Positions 10,929 through 24,498 of a stretch of 64,000 nucleotides of DNA are shown one piece after another (within the stretch, counting starts at the first letter, position 1; the number at the start of each line of letters is the position of its first letter). Position numbers and translations under genes: made by a program. The stretch comes from Trichosphaerium sp. ATCC 40318 (Eukaryota; Protista; Tubulinea). The notes under the pieces are model-generated. The model saw nothing but the letters and a program-made list of their open reading frames with translations, had not been told where the DNA came from and ran no database searches. The stretch covers positions 1 to 64,000 of the forward strand of contig JALMLS010000313.1 of assembly GCA_038496445.1 (NCBI GenBank), read 5' to 3'.

Positions 10929-12974
10929 CTAGTGTAGATGGAGCACAGCTTCATGATCAAATGAGCTTGGTGGGGTGACTTTGTGGGTACCACTTCCCAA
11001 AGTACCAGCAGACACTCTATTTCCTGTCGTAGGATCATACCATTCGGCTGAGAGTGCAGATGGTACATGGGATAATGTGACAGAAAATGTGCTTTTAGTA
11101 GATGCAAAAGCGATATACTCTTTTCCAGTGCTCGCAAGCCCGTACACGGTATCACCAGAAGTGGAAGAAATCTAAAAAAAAATTAGTTCGAGAAAACGTC
11201 GTCAAACAAATAATCACTCACAAAATCGTTGTTTGGTTCCATCTCCCAGTACTTTATGTTGGAAAAAAACTCCTTCAGCAATTTACAGTACTTGTAACCT
11301 GGAGTCTCGTCCTACGTAAAATTTTAGTTGTGACGAAGTAACAAAAAAGAATCACGTGATTTTTCTTTTTCGTACCATTGTTATAACATCCCAAGCGGAA
11401 TCGTCGTAGTACCTTTATTAATTGTTAATTTTCTTTAGCTTGTATGTCTAGGGTACGTACCAAGCTCCATATCCGCCAGCCATGTACAATGACCACATGA
11501 CAGGAAGCATCACAATAGCAGGGCTGATTATTTTATGTGAAAAAAACAGGAAAGAACAAAATACGAATACCTGTGTTGTCCATAAGTAGGGATAGGCCCT
11601 TGCTCATACAAAAACTATAACGAAATAAGCTGCAAGACAGGATTGTTTTAAATAATTGACGCACTTCCACGTTGGTAACAGGAATATTATGCGATTTTCG
11701 AGATTCGATAATATTATTGTAGTAGTTGTTGTGTACTTGAGCTGAAATGAAGTCGCAATAGCTCCAGTCCGGACAGTGAGTGTGAGATGTTATGAGACGC
11801 TTATGAGCATTCAATTTGGCGAGTAGTGGTAGCCTAGTAGCCCAGTACGAATCTTTTTCGCGGTTGGCTTCCTATATAACGAAAAATTAGAGGTTAATAT
11901 TGAGCTTTTCCTACCTTAGATATGTCGAAGATAATATTAGAGTAAGCACCGTATCGAGCTGCGACATAACGCCAGAAAAGATCATCTTGAGGACTTTCAT
12001 GTGCAGGCCACTGTACAGCTTTATTCCAAACGGTAATCATCAAGTGACAAACAGCACCATACTTTTTGAGTGTATCCATCACCTCATCGAAGTGGTTAAA
12101 GTACGTTAGATCCATACTGTTGTAGTCAAGTCTTCCATTGTCTCCCCAAGGAGTAAGAGTAGTTGGCGCAACGCGTGGAGGAGCACTGACTTTCTTTCCC
12201 CAATTGCTGTAGTTCGCATACACGTTTACCAAGTATTGGTTGAATCCGTAAGATGTCGTCATTTTTACGAAACTATCAAGCTCTACGTTTGTTTTGACAC
12301 CACGCAGGCCGAGAGCCCAAAGCCAATCTGCTTCATAACCCATCATAAAGTAGCGAGTGCCGTCTTCGTAGATAAAGTGATGTTTGTGCTCCGGGTCTAC
12401 AATTACGCCACCGTGAGCAGAGGCATTCTTTGGTGTACAAGCGACGCTTCCTTTGTGCCCATTTAAAGAAGATTCGCTTGAGCTTGAAACCCAATCCCAA
12501 GTACCTTTTTCACTGTTAATGATGGTTGTATTACGCGGACTTGCCTTCAGTGTCAGGAGAGAATCTCACTTTCCAGAAGTTGTTGCCATCGTAGAACGCA
12601 GTCACTGTCGCCGTAGGGTACCTGGAGGCTGATAGAGATATGGTACTTTTCAAAGTAAATGTCACCTCCACATTCAACTGTGTTGGAAAGGTTAGAGTAA
12701 ACTTCTTTCAGTTTTTTTTTTTTCGGAAAAGACGTTTATGCTCACGTGTTAAAGAGAGCGTTTTGTTGCTGCTCATTTACGGTTTATACCATTTTGGCCC
12801 TTTCAAGGCGTAAAAGTGAAGCAACCAAAATTGTTTTGAAAAAAAACGTGCCGTGAAAGGGTTTCCTGAAGTACTGCCAGAGAGAGCTAGCTCAAATATT
12901 TCGAATCGCTTTACAGTCTGACACGAAGTAAACACTACAAGAGTAGCGAGAACTAGCGCTAATTTGTGTAACAT
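10929..12974 (-). CDS. Secreted DUF5060 + DUF4038 (apiosidase/GH140-like) glycoside hydrolase with C-terminal collagen-binding-like domain
   Basis: Signal peptide MLHKLALVLATLVVFTSC, then FELALSG...GNPF, AFYDGNNFWKVRFSP, HFIYEDGTRYFMMG, DLTYFNHFDEVM, YVAARYGAYSNIIF and C-terminal AEWYDPTTG. Confidence 0.8.
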
Positions 12975-13083
12975 GGCGTGCGATAGTCAAATCGTGCTGT
13001 AACAAATACAAAAAAGACGAGTTGCGACCACAAGTGATTCGATAAATTGGTACAAAAACAACTTTTTGAACGTTGAACCGACA

Positions 13084-14202
13084 ATGAGTGGTTCCATTCA
13101 AGTTACTAGCGCTGCTGACGGTAGAGTATGGGTAATTACGTTAAATAGAGGTGAGTTACGTGTTGATAACGCAAACTTACACCAGCGAAGGTAAAAACGC
13201 CTTCAACCCAACCTTAGTAAAGGAGTTACACGCTGCGTTAGATAGAGTTGAACAGTACGGAAAACTACGTTTTTCATAACATCTGACGCAAGGGAGAGCC
13301 CCAGGACCATGTTCATTGGTTATCACTGGTGCGGGTAAATTTTTCTCTAATGGGTGCGTTAAACAACCACACCAACGCGTAAAATTAACACCAGCGACTT
13401 ATAGGCTCGATTTGGAATACTTTTCGAAGCATGGGGACTTGGGCGCCTTTGTTAAAGTTGTTTGGACAGTCCTAGAAAGGTAAATAACCCTCACGGCTTT
13501 TCAGCGCTAAAAATCGTTGGTATTGGTCAATTTCCCGTTCAACAACAATGAAAAACTTTTAACTGTATCCCAGGATTCTCGTATTCCCATACCCTACAGT
13601 CGCTGCTATCAATGGTACGCTTATGCTTAGTACTACCATAGCCTGAGAGTAGTTATGAATTCGTTATTTTTGGTGTAGAGGCTCATAGTCACGTGTAGGC
13701 CACGCCTTTGGGGCAGGTGCATTCTTAGCCCTGGCTTGTGATTATAGGCTGATGAGAACTAAGCGTGGATTTTGGTGCTGTCCTGAGGCTGCAATTCCTT
13801 TACCTTTCTCTGCGTTCAAGTACGTTTGTCATTTAAAAAAGCAGCTTGTTTTTTGCAATTTCCATGTTGACACGACTACAGAGCGTTTTTGTTGAAGCTT
13901 ACACCAAACACTCGACGCACAACGGTATGTGCTATAATATATTATACTAGAATAAGTTACTAAACGAAATATTGTAGGCTTTGACTGCCAAGAGGTGGAA
14001 TGCTAAAGAAGCTTTAGAAGCAGGTATTGTAGATGCAGTAGCAGATATCGACTCTCTGGTTGAGAAGAGCATTGCTTTTGGCTCCTCTATTGCTAAGATT
14101 GACACCAACAGAGACAATTACGTCGCTATTAAGAAGGAGATTTATGCTGATGTCTTGGACATCTTGCATGAAGGCCAGAAGCAAATGGCACCAAAATTGT
14201 AA
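13084..14202 (+). CDS. Enoyl-CoA hydratase/isomerase family protein (likely peroxisomal delta3,delta2-enoyl-CoA isomerase)
   Basis: LVITGAGKFFSNGLDL, PTVAAINGHAFGAGAFLALACDYR and AKEALEAGIVD; the C-terminal -PKL is PTS1-like. Confidence 0.88.
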
Positions 14203-14800
14203 GTTACAATTTGCAATATAAATTCACTTAATTTCTGGAAATGCTGCACTCGGAAAAGAATGAAGTAGAGCCTGATTACCGCCTGAAGTGGTATGATTTT
14301 CAGGGTAGGAATAGCGCGTTTCAATATTTCTTTCCTAGTCCTCAATCCCTAAACCCGAAAGAGTGAAAATTGCAGAATAAGCGTGTGTTTTTTACAAAGT
14401 AGTTGGCAGTTTAGCACTACCCAGCCCTTTCACTTATAACGTACCTGTCGCTAGTTAAATCAAAGAAGTTAACCTGGATAGAGTAACTACATGTCACAGT
14501 TACGAGCAAAAACAAGCTAAAATGGGGCTATCGTTAATCCGTTTTTCAGTCGATACTCGTCAACTCCAAAACTGACAAATAAACTAGTGGTACGGTTACG
14601 TTCTCCCTCCCCAGAGCTCAATGTGATACTGCTTTGATTGGGCTTGACTTTAACATTTGTTTTACTGTAACTTTTGTTCGGATTTGAGAAAAAACACGCA
14701 CAACGAAACGATACGCAACGTTAAAAATAGCGCCACTTTACAAAAGTATATCTTACTTGCATTCATCGCTACACCTATCGTATCATTTTAGAGGCCAATA

Positions 14801-16072
14801 ATGGAAGCGAAACGGTGTGAAGAAGCCTCAAGTCTTACCAATATCAACACGGAGCTTTTAGACTTACCAACAGAGATTATCGCTCATTTGCTACAGTTTT
14901 TGAATCGGAATTATCTATTTTCTATTTCCCAGAGCTGCAAACGACTATGTACTATTACGCGGTATCACGTCGGATATGAAACAATAACTATTCGAGAACG
15001 TTCTCAACGAAGAGCCAGTTTGTGTTGCAAATTTCTTCGTGGCCGTCCATTTTTAAGTAATACGCAAATAACTGTATGGAATGAACTAACAGACTCAGAT
15101 CTTAGTATGCTCTCTGGGGTTCGACACCTTATGATTAGAGAGGCTACCTTGATAACAGACAACGGATTGAAGTCTCTTTGTGGTGTTCGCTACTTATCAT
15201 TAATGAACTCTGAAAACATCACAGACGCAGGATTAGCGCCGCTAGTGGGAGACCTAAGGGCTATTCAATTGCACAATATCACGAACGTAACCTCAGAGGC
15301 TATGAAAGCTTTTGCTGGGATACCAAATATAAGTATTGCATACTCTCCCGCTGTTACAGATGACGTTTTAGTTGCATTATCAGGAGTAAACGTGATAGAT
15401 TTAGCTGGTTGTGAGAGCATTACGGATACTGGTGTTTCAGCTTTGGCTGGTGTTCATACCATAAAGTTGTGTGCTACGAATGTGACAGATGAAGGTGTTT
15501 CAGCTTTGGTTGGTGTACACACAGCCAATTTTTATGGTTGTAAGGGTATCACTGTAGAGTGTATGAAATATCTCGCAGGTGTACACAATATCACCCTATC
15601 GGAAACAAACGCAACAGATAATTGGATTAAACATCTGTCTGGTGTACACACTATCCATCTTCGATATTGTGGTATCACTGGTACGTGTTTCAAATATCTA
15701 TCTGGAGTGCATGAAATTGATCTATCGAACTGTAATAATATCAATGGAGATCACATGAAATACCTTGCTGGCGTACACACCATTCACCTTTCATCAACAA
15801 ATGTAACAGATGATTGGATTAAACATTTGTCTGGTGTACACACTATCCACCTTGTATCATGTCCAGGTATCACTGGCGAGAGTATGAAATACCTTTCAAA
15901 TGCACACACTATCAATTTATGTACCAATAATGTAACACCTGATTGGATCACCGATCTTTCCGGGGTTCAGAAGATAATGTTGAGCACCGCCGAAACTATC
16001 GAGTATCTGAAAACACTGGAAGGGTACCACGTATTTCAATATTATTACATGCATGTCGTATATAAAATTTAG
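14801..16072 (+). CDS. Intronless F-box + leucine-rich repeat protein
   Basis: F-box LLDLPTEIIAHLLQFL...ISQSCKRL followed by about 13 repeats of ITDxGxxxLxGVHTIxL in a single 423-aa ORF. Confidence 0.9.
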   Translation: MEAKRCEEASSLTNINTELLDLPTEIIAHLLQFLNRNYLFSISQSCKRLCTITRYHVGYETITIRERSQRRASLCCKFLRGRPFLSNTQITVWNELTDSDLSMLSGVRHLMIREATLITDNGLKSLCGVRYLSLMNSENITDAGLAPLVGDLRAIQLHNITNVTSEAMKAFAGIPNISIAYSPAVTDDVLVALSGVNVIDLAGCESITDTGVSALAGVHTIKLCATNVTDEGVSALVGVHTANFYGCKGITVECMKYLAGVHNITLSETNATDNWIKHLSGVHTIHLRYCGITGTCFKYLSGVHEIDLSNCNNINGDHMKYLAGVHTIHLSSTNVTDDWIKHLSGVHTIHLVSCPGITGESMKYLSNAHTINLCTNNVTPDWITDLSGVQKIMLSTAETIEYLKTLEGYHVFQYYYMHVVYKI

Positions 16073-17344
16073 TGAGCGAACGTAGGATTCTTGGCCAAGC
16101 AATCGACCAAAAGCGAGCAACTCTGTATTCACTTGCGTCCGCTTTCTCGTATTTTTTTAACAAACAAGGGGAAGATGTATTCCATACAAATGTGTTAATT
16201 AAAAAATGTTACAATTCTAATTTAGTAATTATGTATTTTTAACATTTGCCACAGCTCTGTTGTGGTATGACAAGAAGCCAATACCTGTAAGACTTTACCA
16301 TTGTAATTTGTAGGAATCATTGACATGGAATATCGATAAAAAAGATAAGCGATATCCATTTTTTATTGGTCATTATTCATTACTGTGAGTACGTACTTCT
16401 TTGTAAGAAGCAGCTCGTTTTACGCATGAGAAGGCAAACGCCACAACAAAACATGAGTCACGGAGATGGTTTGGGTTATGAGTAATGACTTACTAAAAAA
16501 TGGGTTCATCGTAACTGTTTTAATAGTACCAAAATTAACTTCTTTGGCGACAATAACCAAGACAAATCAGACTACGGAGGCGAAACTATCTCAATATATT
16601 CTAAACAAAATAGTCTATTTTTGACGCGTTTAGGCTGCCGCACTTTGGTTTGTCGTGTACTTGTAGGACTTTTAAATAATTTATTTTACAACAGTATCAA
16701 AACTCCCTAAAACTTGCATTTTGAACGAGGAAAATGATAATAATTGATAGTGCTCACTGATATTGCGCATTGTTTTTCTTTTAGGAAGCTGTATCTTTTC
16801 TTTTCTTGCAGAGTGCGTTCATTATTTATTTCTCTCGTGTCATAAGAGTTTAATTTCGAATATTTCCGGGTGAGATTCGAACAAATCCTGATAAATCACG
16901 ACATTAGAGTTACAAGCGATTAGTAACTACAAAAGGTAACTTCAATTGTCGGAGTTCTTTGTAAATTTACACGAACCAAAGATATCCAGTGATTCGTCCA
17001 AAAAACATACTTCGGAAATTTTACTAAAACAGTCTTCCTAACTCCGCAACATATCTTGTCATCACTGGAGAGGGTCAGTTTGGTTATTTGACGGTAACAC
17101 AGAGTCTCAGATTGACGATATCATCGAGCAATTTTCTTGTGTACAACTTGGAGACTCAGCTTTTGATAACATCTCCTTTATAGTGAACCTTATTTGCGGT
17201 AAGACCTTAGTACAATGTTGAGTTGAAGTACACGCAAAGCAAGACCGCACACAGTAGCTTATATTTTTACTAGGGCTCTACGTTCCTTCATGGTAACAGA
17301 TGCGAGAATAAACTCTACAATGTGTTGTGTTAACAGCTACATGT

Positions 17345-17532
17345 TGTAGCACGTGGTAATAGCAATGGGGTATCCTCTGATGGGAAACCCGTAACTGCGT
17401 GTGCATAAAAGAAGCAGTCGTAAGAAGAGCTCTCGTAGAGCGAAATCAGAAGCTGGAGACGATAAATCTTCCAAAAAGGAAGAGAAGTCTTCTAAATCTA
17501 ACAAGTCCTCCAAAGAGGAAAGTGTAGAATAA
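17345..17532 (+). pseudogene. Orphan copy of the last exon of the PIP kinase gene
   Basis: Encodes SRKKSSRRAKSEAGDDKSSKKEEKSSKSNKSSKEES, matching 8801-8990; the upstream exons are absent. Confidence 0.85.
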
Positions 17533-17884
17533 GGCGATGACAAGAACTGAAGCTCTGTGGGATCAATAGCCAATAAATGTGTTTTACAGAAGACTTTTGT
17601 TACGATTTCGGTCGAATTCAGACAATAGTGAACGCATTGATCAAACTGTTTTCGAAAGGTATGAAAATTAACATTTTTTTTTTATTTCATTTTCCGTTAC
17701 TACACTACTACACCACGCACATACCAAACTCGAATTCGCGTGTAAATAATCCAAAAAAATCATCAATAACGCGTAAATATGTCGTGGCTATCGTGCAGGA
17801 GGGTTTTAGAAGAAATTCGCAAAAACCACAATTAAATTTTGATCAAAATAGTGATCAATAAAAGGATTTTAAATCGATTTTGTT

Positions 17885-18127
17885 AGTGGGGGCGTTAAAC
17901 TGGGTGTTCGCAGTGGTACAAATACGTCCTCTCAAGAGTGCCCTGTTTCACCAGGGGTAGCAGGATACACGCGTCGAACGCCCGTAAGTATATTAACAAT
18001 CTGCTTGCAAATGACCGGTTGACGATACCTCGCGTGCTAGATTGGAAAACAGTGCGTGAATAAGGCCATGGGTGTCTTGTCTAGAGCTAGTGGTGGCCCG
18101 TAGCTCTAAGGTCGAAAGACAATTTTT
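17885..18127 (+). ncRNA. Candidate structured RNA of about 240 nt, class unknown
   Basis: GC-enriched island with nested helices: gggtgttcg/cgaacgccc, gtcct/aggat, ctc-tcaa-gag, ccctg/caggg, tagagcta/tagctcta and gtc-GAAA-gac. It ends in AATTTTT, and G-U wobbles favour this strand. Confidence 0.35.
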
Positions 18128-19063
18128 GCATCTATTTTATTTTTCGTGTGAGTGGGTGAGTTGAGTTGAGTTGGGGTTGTAGTTTAAATAAAGGCTTTGT
18201 TTTTGGCTTTTTACCGTACGTTGGTTGACCTTACTTCCAAGCCGCAGTTTTGGTTACGCAGAGGTGGTGAACTAAAAATAAAAAGGGTGGAGTTTCGAAA
18301 ACGAAACGGTACCTTTCGTTGGCTTACCCCAACACAGCCTACTTGCGAGCGATAGTATTATATGGGGCAATCACACGTTCTGCTCCAACAGTTCCAAACT
18401 AAGAAGTGCTTTGAGAGGCAAGGCATGATGAGAAATACGTTTACAAAGGCATGTAGTGAGCAAAAGCGTACCCCTATCCCCTCCTCTGTTCGCCATAAAG
18501 TCGTTTCCAGCATACGAGAGATTTAAGCTAAAAGTGTTCTTTTACCTCCTCAGTTTCTCTCTCGCCAGTTTTTAACGCAAGCTAACCTCCTACCTCTACG
18601 CAGTGCGAGTAAGATAAGAAAAAAAAAGTAGCTGGGTCGTAAAATAGGTTTCTCAAAAAGAAAAATGGCTTCTGAAACGCACCAAACTACAAGCCTGCCA
18701 GTGCTATGAAATACTATCTTCATCGCGATTTGTAAGGAAAGAAGGACTCTGCCATCGAAAAACTAACGGTCTAGCAACCGATTACACTAGAAGATGCTAA
18801 TTAAACACACGCCACGGCCGTTCGCGTTTGTGGGTTTTACCACTGAATATTTTTTTAGATTGGTAAAAGAACGAACGAACGAACAGACAACGTCCATACT
18901 CCTGCAATCGAGAGTAGCTTGGACCTCTCAGACTGTTTGGAAAAGCTGGGCTTGCTTACGACGATAACTTAAGCTTAGTTTTTTTCGCTTCGTTTATCTT
19001 AACTTCGATAAATCAACCAACGCGTCTCAAGACTTTACCCCCTTCTCTCACAAAATACGAACT

Positions 19064-19662
19064 ATGAGCACCAACAGCAGGTGCGGCTTCATAAAATTCC
19101 ATTCTTTTACTTTTTGTGTAGAGCGAATCTCAGTCAAGACGAGACCTCCAGCATCATTAAGAATGCGACTAAGGAAGAGATAGAGTACGTGTTTTTTGAC
19201 AAATTCTACTCTACTCTTTTTTTTTTGGGGGTTTTTTGATATTAACTTGCGTGCACAGGATGGTAAGAGGACAAAGACCCAGACCCAACCATCGAGTGCT
19301 GGTACGAACAACAAAGCTTAACATTATATTGAGTCTTTGGTTTTTTTTTGTAGAGTCCAGTGGGGAAGGTGCTCGTGTCTGGTAAGAAGCTGGAGGCGAT
19401 CGCTGTCCACGAGCTTAACCAAAAGTCGGCGAGAGTGTTACAAACGCGTAGCAACATCACGTTTACAAACCTATCGGATTGGTTGTATTTTCTGCAACAC
19501 GACCCTCACGCCGCGCGGCTCACGACAGCGATAACTCGTAAGGTTCTTAATGAGCTCGCTCTGCAACGCAACAACTGTAACCATCCGAATTCAGCTTTTA
19601 ATCTGGACGTTATGCAGGATTGCGTCGATAAAATAATTTGTGTCCTAAATCGACAGAAATAA
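19064..19662 (+). CDS. Family X short form (about 143 aa, 4 exons), function unknown
   Basis: MSTNSR|ANLSQDETSSIIKNATKEEIE|MVRGQRPRPNHRVL|SPVGKVLVSG...HELNQKSARVLQTRSNITFTNLSDWLYFLQHDP...ELALQRN; three canonical introns keep the frame. Confidence 0.8.
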
Positions 19663-20290
19663 ATGGCATTTGTTCTTTTTTTAAAATGGGTTGTGTTTGG
19701 CTACTGACAACTTGTCTGTGTTTGTTAACTTCCTTTTCGCTCAGTTTTGAGTATTTGATGACATGTTTGTATTGTTCACAAAACCAAGTTGTTGTTTGTA
19801 TTGACAAAAATGTGGACTTCGCCAAAAAGGCACCTCGTCAAACAAGTAGACTGAACTAAATAGATATTGTTGTGAATAGCCTGCATTATCTCTAGTACCC
19901 TCAAGATAGTGAGAATCTCCTTCAAAGACCACATGTGCAGCGTTGAATGAGACAACAAATTGTGTAAAAGACGTACGTGGTAAAGTTTGTTTATTGGGAC
20001 CTAGAGAAAAAAGTACAGCCTCTTTGCACAAGGTTGAACGAATTTCTATGATATGTGTATAATGCGTGTTTATTTATTTTGTTTATTGGGTCCTTCTTTT
20101 CAAGTGGTGGAGGTATTTCCTCTCCATCACGCTTACATTTTTACAAGTATTTTTTTTTTTGATAACAATAAATAATTTTTCATTTTAAAAGTGTTAAAAG
20201 TACAAGACGTTGTGTTGAAAAACACACTCAATTATGATTGGTACACTCTTGTGTTCGCTACGAGAGAGTTAGAGTGATTGAAAATAAGAA

Positions 20291-21620
20291 CTAACATGAT
20301 GTACCTATAGCTTGAACGTCATGGGCGCGGTCTGGGTCAATTAAAGACACGAGAGCCGAACAATGACCAAGTAGATCTTGGTGACTTTTACGTCGGCTGT
20401 GGAGTATGTCTCCTCGATCCTGCGCTATGCGGTGTAAGAGGTCTTTGGCCCTTACTGTGCTTCTGTTATTTAGCACCAAGTATGCCGCCAGAACCTTCCA
20501 CACGCGCTTGTTGTAGAACAACTCATGATGCCACCCACAAAAGTCTAAGCCACAGAGCAATGGCAACCCTTCTGGTAAGTGCTCATGCAAGCACATTACC
20601 GCTGCAAGACAGACTTGACAGACCTCTTGCATTAGGTAGTTATACCTATCCCAGAAGTCATTGTCAAAATTGACTTCTTTGTAATACTCCTCATCGAGGA
20701 GATCGCCGTGTTTTTCATTAAACCTAATGGTGCGTGAGTACGTTGTGCAAGAGTGGAAAAACAAAACCTGGGAGAGATGTTCTGAAATTAGCGAGTTGGC
20801 AAAAACGGCCTTATTTCGCAAAAAAAGTATAAAAACTACGTTTATTTCCATGCGGACCGCTTTTTGTGAGCCACGTTTCATGAAAGAAAGAAATTCGTGA
20901 TTTTGTGTGAAAAAGAAAATAAAAAATTTCATAACCCAGCAAAGAGGGCATCAAAGAAAAGGTGCGTACCGATTTTCATCGCGGAAAATGTAGTGAACCT
21001 TGTGACCTTAACACAACCCACATTAGCTTTGAGAAAAAAAAAAAAGGCAAAAAAAAAAAAACTAAACGTACACGGCAAAGCCCAATAGTTTTGTTCGCGG
21101 GCCATTACTTCAAGATTGTAGAGGAGAATATTACCGGCTCTATGAGCTTCAAGGTCAGGGCACTTGACCTTTCCGAACCAGCTCTTTAGGGTCACGAACT
21201 GATCTTCGATGAGTGTTGGCTTATTCATGAACTTGATGCATAATTTCCATTTATCAGTGTCCAGCCATTGCTTCAATGATAATACCCTTACTTCAGGGAC
21301 TTTGTAAGGGTGAGCACGTCCCAGCGTTCTGTCAACTATGACAGTCAAGTATTTTGCAATCTCCGAGAAGTTAGAGATATGAAATCTAAGCGCAATTAGT
21401 GTGGTATTTTTAAAACAATTAAAAAACACAGCAAAATTAAATTCTTTAAAAGCGTACACTATGGTCAACCGACGCCGTTTGGGTGGTCTGTAGCTTGTGA
21501 GACTGCTACTTTTACGTTTGCATGTCTAAAGGCGGTGTCATTGCCAATACTAATATTGAGTATGTAACTACGTACGTGTCGGTTTGAACGCTGGGCGTGA
21601 CAATTATCACGAGTGGTCAT
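20291..21620 (-). CDS. Hypothetical multi-exon protein, probable remote long-form family X member
   Basis: Spliced ORFs 20929-21468 and 20291-20932, with an N-terminal NLS-like PPKRRR. FVTLKSW...AREQNY aligns without gaps to the family core, and DRYNYLMQEVC resembles ERYSKIASEHC of the 5.5-kb locus. Confidence 0.7.
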
Positions 21621-21850
21621 GTTAGAGGAGCTTGAAAAAATTGAAGAAATTTAACTTTTTTTCGAAATCTAAATGTAGGTCTGACATGTCCAAAAATAAC
21701 TCGCCATTTTCAGGTGTCAAAAGCAAGCGTTGAAATGGCATTCTCCGTGTAAAATAAAACATGTCAACTAAAATAGCATTTATTTTTTTTGTCAAAATGA
21801 GAATTTATAGAATGGCAGTTTGTTTATCATGTAAGCTGTAGTGCGTTTTT

Positions 21851-22847
<997 letters not shown>

Positions 22848-24440
22848 GGTTAGGTATTCGTGTATTTATTGCTGTCTCAGTTCTAAAAAAAACTACCCGT
22901 GCTGATTTTAACTAACTCCCTCGTACGTGTAGCAATTTTTAAGTCACATTACGCATTTCAAATAAAGTCGCTCAAATTTCAACCACCTTTCAATCGTTTG
23001 GATATCTACTCTACTTTCGCTATCATGTTACGTGCGGGGGACTGGTACTTTCCTCGTTAGACAAAGCGAAGGTTTGGTCTAAAATCTAGTTTCAAAACAA
23101 CTTGTCGTATGGACAACTTAGTGTGTTGAATAGTTGCCATGAGCCCAGTGTACAATGGTTGAAAACGCGGTAAATCAGCCACCGGAAGCACTTGTGGATG
23201 CAGTTCCATTGTTGGAGAATAGCCTTGTTGCCGTCAAAAACGAACAAAAAGATTGTGGTACATTCTTTATTAGTATAATTTGTTTGTTGTAATCACTGTA
23301 GAAAAGAAGTTGTCGCGGGTAACCAAGATGGTCTGAAACCATTACTTAGCCATTTGGGCGCGTACACACGCGCTTTTTTTACGCACCTATCAAAAAAAAA
23401 TTCGGAATTACTTCGCTCGTACGTGGTTACTATGCAAAACTACCAACATATGATGTAAAAAATGATTGTCAACACTATGTTGTCGTTGCTGATATTTGTG
23501 CCTGCCAATGTGATGGCTTCATTTAGTCGACATAACAGACGGTTTGCAGTGTTAAACAATGTGGGCCTATATAGCTACAATGCTGTTCATACCTTAAATT
23601 CTACGCAATAAACATCACCGTTGTATAAATATGTCCTAGTGGCGTAGATTACGCTAATTGAGTATATTAACCTGCTACCACTGTCTTTCCTGCCGAAAAG
23701 TAAACGTGTGTACCGCGTAATAGTATCAGCGTCATCCAGCGGCATCAGTAAGTCGTTAGGAGGAACTGTGTGGAAGTAATTTTAGCCAGTCGAAAGACTT
23801 GTGTGGACCAGATTGCTAGTATCTTCAATACACTTACACTAAGCTAAAAAATGTTGGTAGAGCTCCTAAATAATGGTAAGGTTCACCTTCATTATCTTGA
23901 CGCTTTTTAAATTAAAATCACGTGATAAACACGTGCGAAATATTTTTCGAAAGGTATTTTGTTTGCAGACTACCTCACTGTAATGCCCCTCATTTCGGAA
24001 TCAGAATGATGTGGTGGTGTGCTATCATTGTTGTGGTGCACTACGTGTAGAAAGTTATGGTACAAGGAAATCTACTGTAGAAGTTGCTCATCCTATGCTT
24101 CAATCTTGTAATACTAAGAAGGCAAAAGCAAATATTAAACTAAAGCAGCGATTGTATTGATCCGCTCACATAGCTCTTTACGCGTAGAATAGGTCACCGC
24201 AACTATACGATCTCAGTGTCGTAAAACGTTCAAGTGATGCTTTTATTGTTTCTCAGCTTTCTCAGCATACAGCTATCTTTTTCATAGCCTTTGGTGCTTT
24301 TAACGCACTCAAAACGAATGGTACGTTGCGTACTCGAACAGGACCAACAGCTGGTGTGTACTAAAATGTCGATAAAAAAGTCGAAAAAAATGTCAAAGTG
24401 ATATTGAACTGTTCGCCACAAAGGGAGACAACTGGGTTAT

Positions 24441-24498
24441 GGCGCTCAGTCGCCGCTAGGCTCTGCCCCCCCAAACCCCCCCTAAAAGGGGGGGCTTT
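24441..24498. repeat. GC-rich palindromic cluster (C7-TAAAA-G7 hairpin plus ggcg/cgcc)
   Basis: ggcgctcagtcgcc...ctctgcccccccaaacccccccTAAAAggggggg in AT-rich intergenic DNA. Confidence 0.6.

Noticed and set aside
14347-14356. CCCTAAACCC telomere-like or template-like motif
   Set aside because: A single 10-mer, expected by chance.
16130-17330. Possible degraded RING/IBR-type gene on the minus strand
   Set aside because: Cys-containing, coding-like patches (IKEMLSKAESPSCTQENC) but many stops and no consistent model.
17885-18127. Assignment as U1, U4, SRP, RNase P/MRP, telomerase RNA or an HDV-like ribozyme
   Set aside because: Only short partial motifs were found (ATACTTAC on the minus strand, tgctagattggaaaac, ccagg..agcagg, cctcg). 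Required helices, a template and conserved regions are missing.
23130-23900. Exon-like fragments on the + strand (MVENAVNQPPEALVDAVPLL...)
   Set aside because: Stops in all frames and no recognisable family; at most an old pseudogene.
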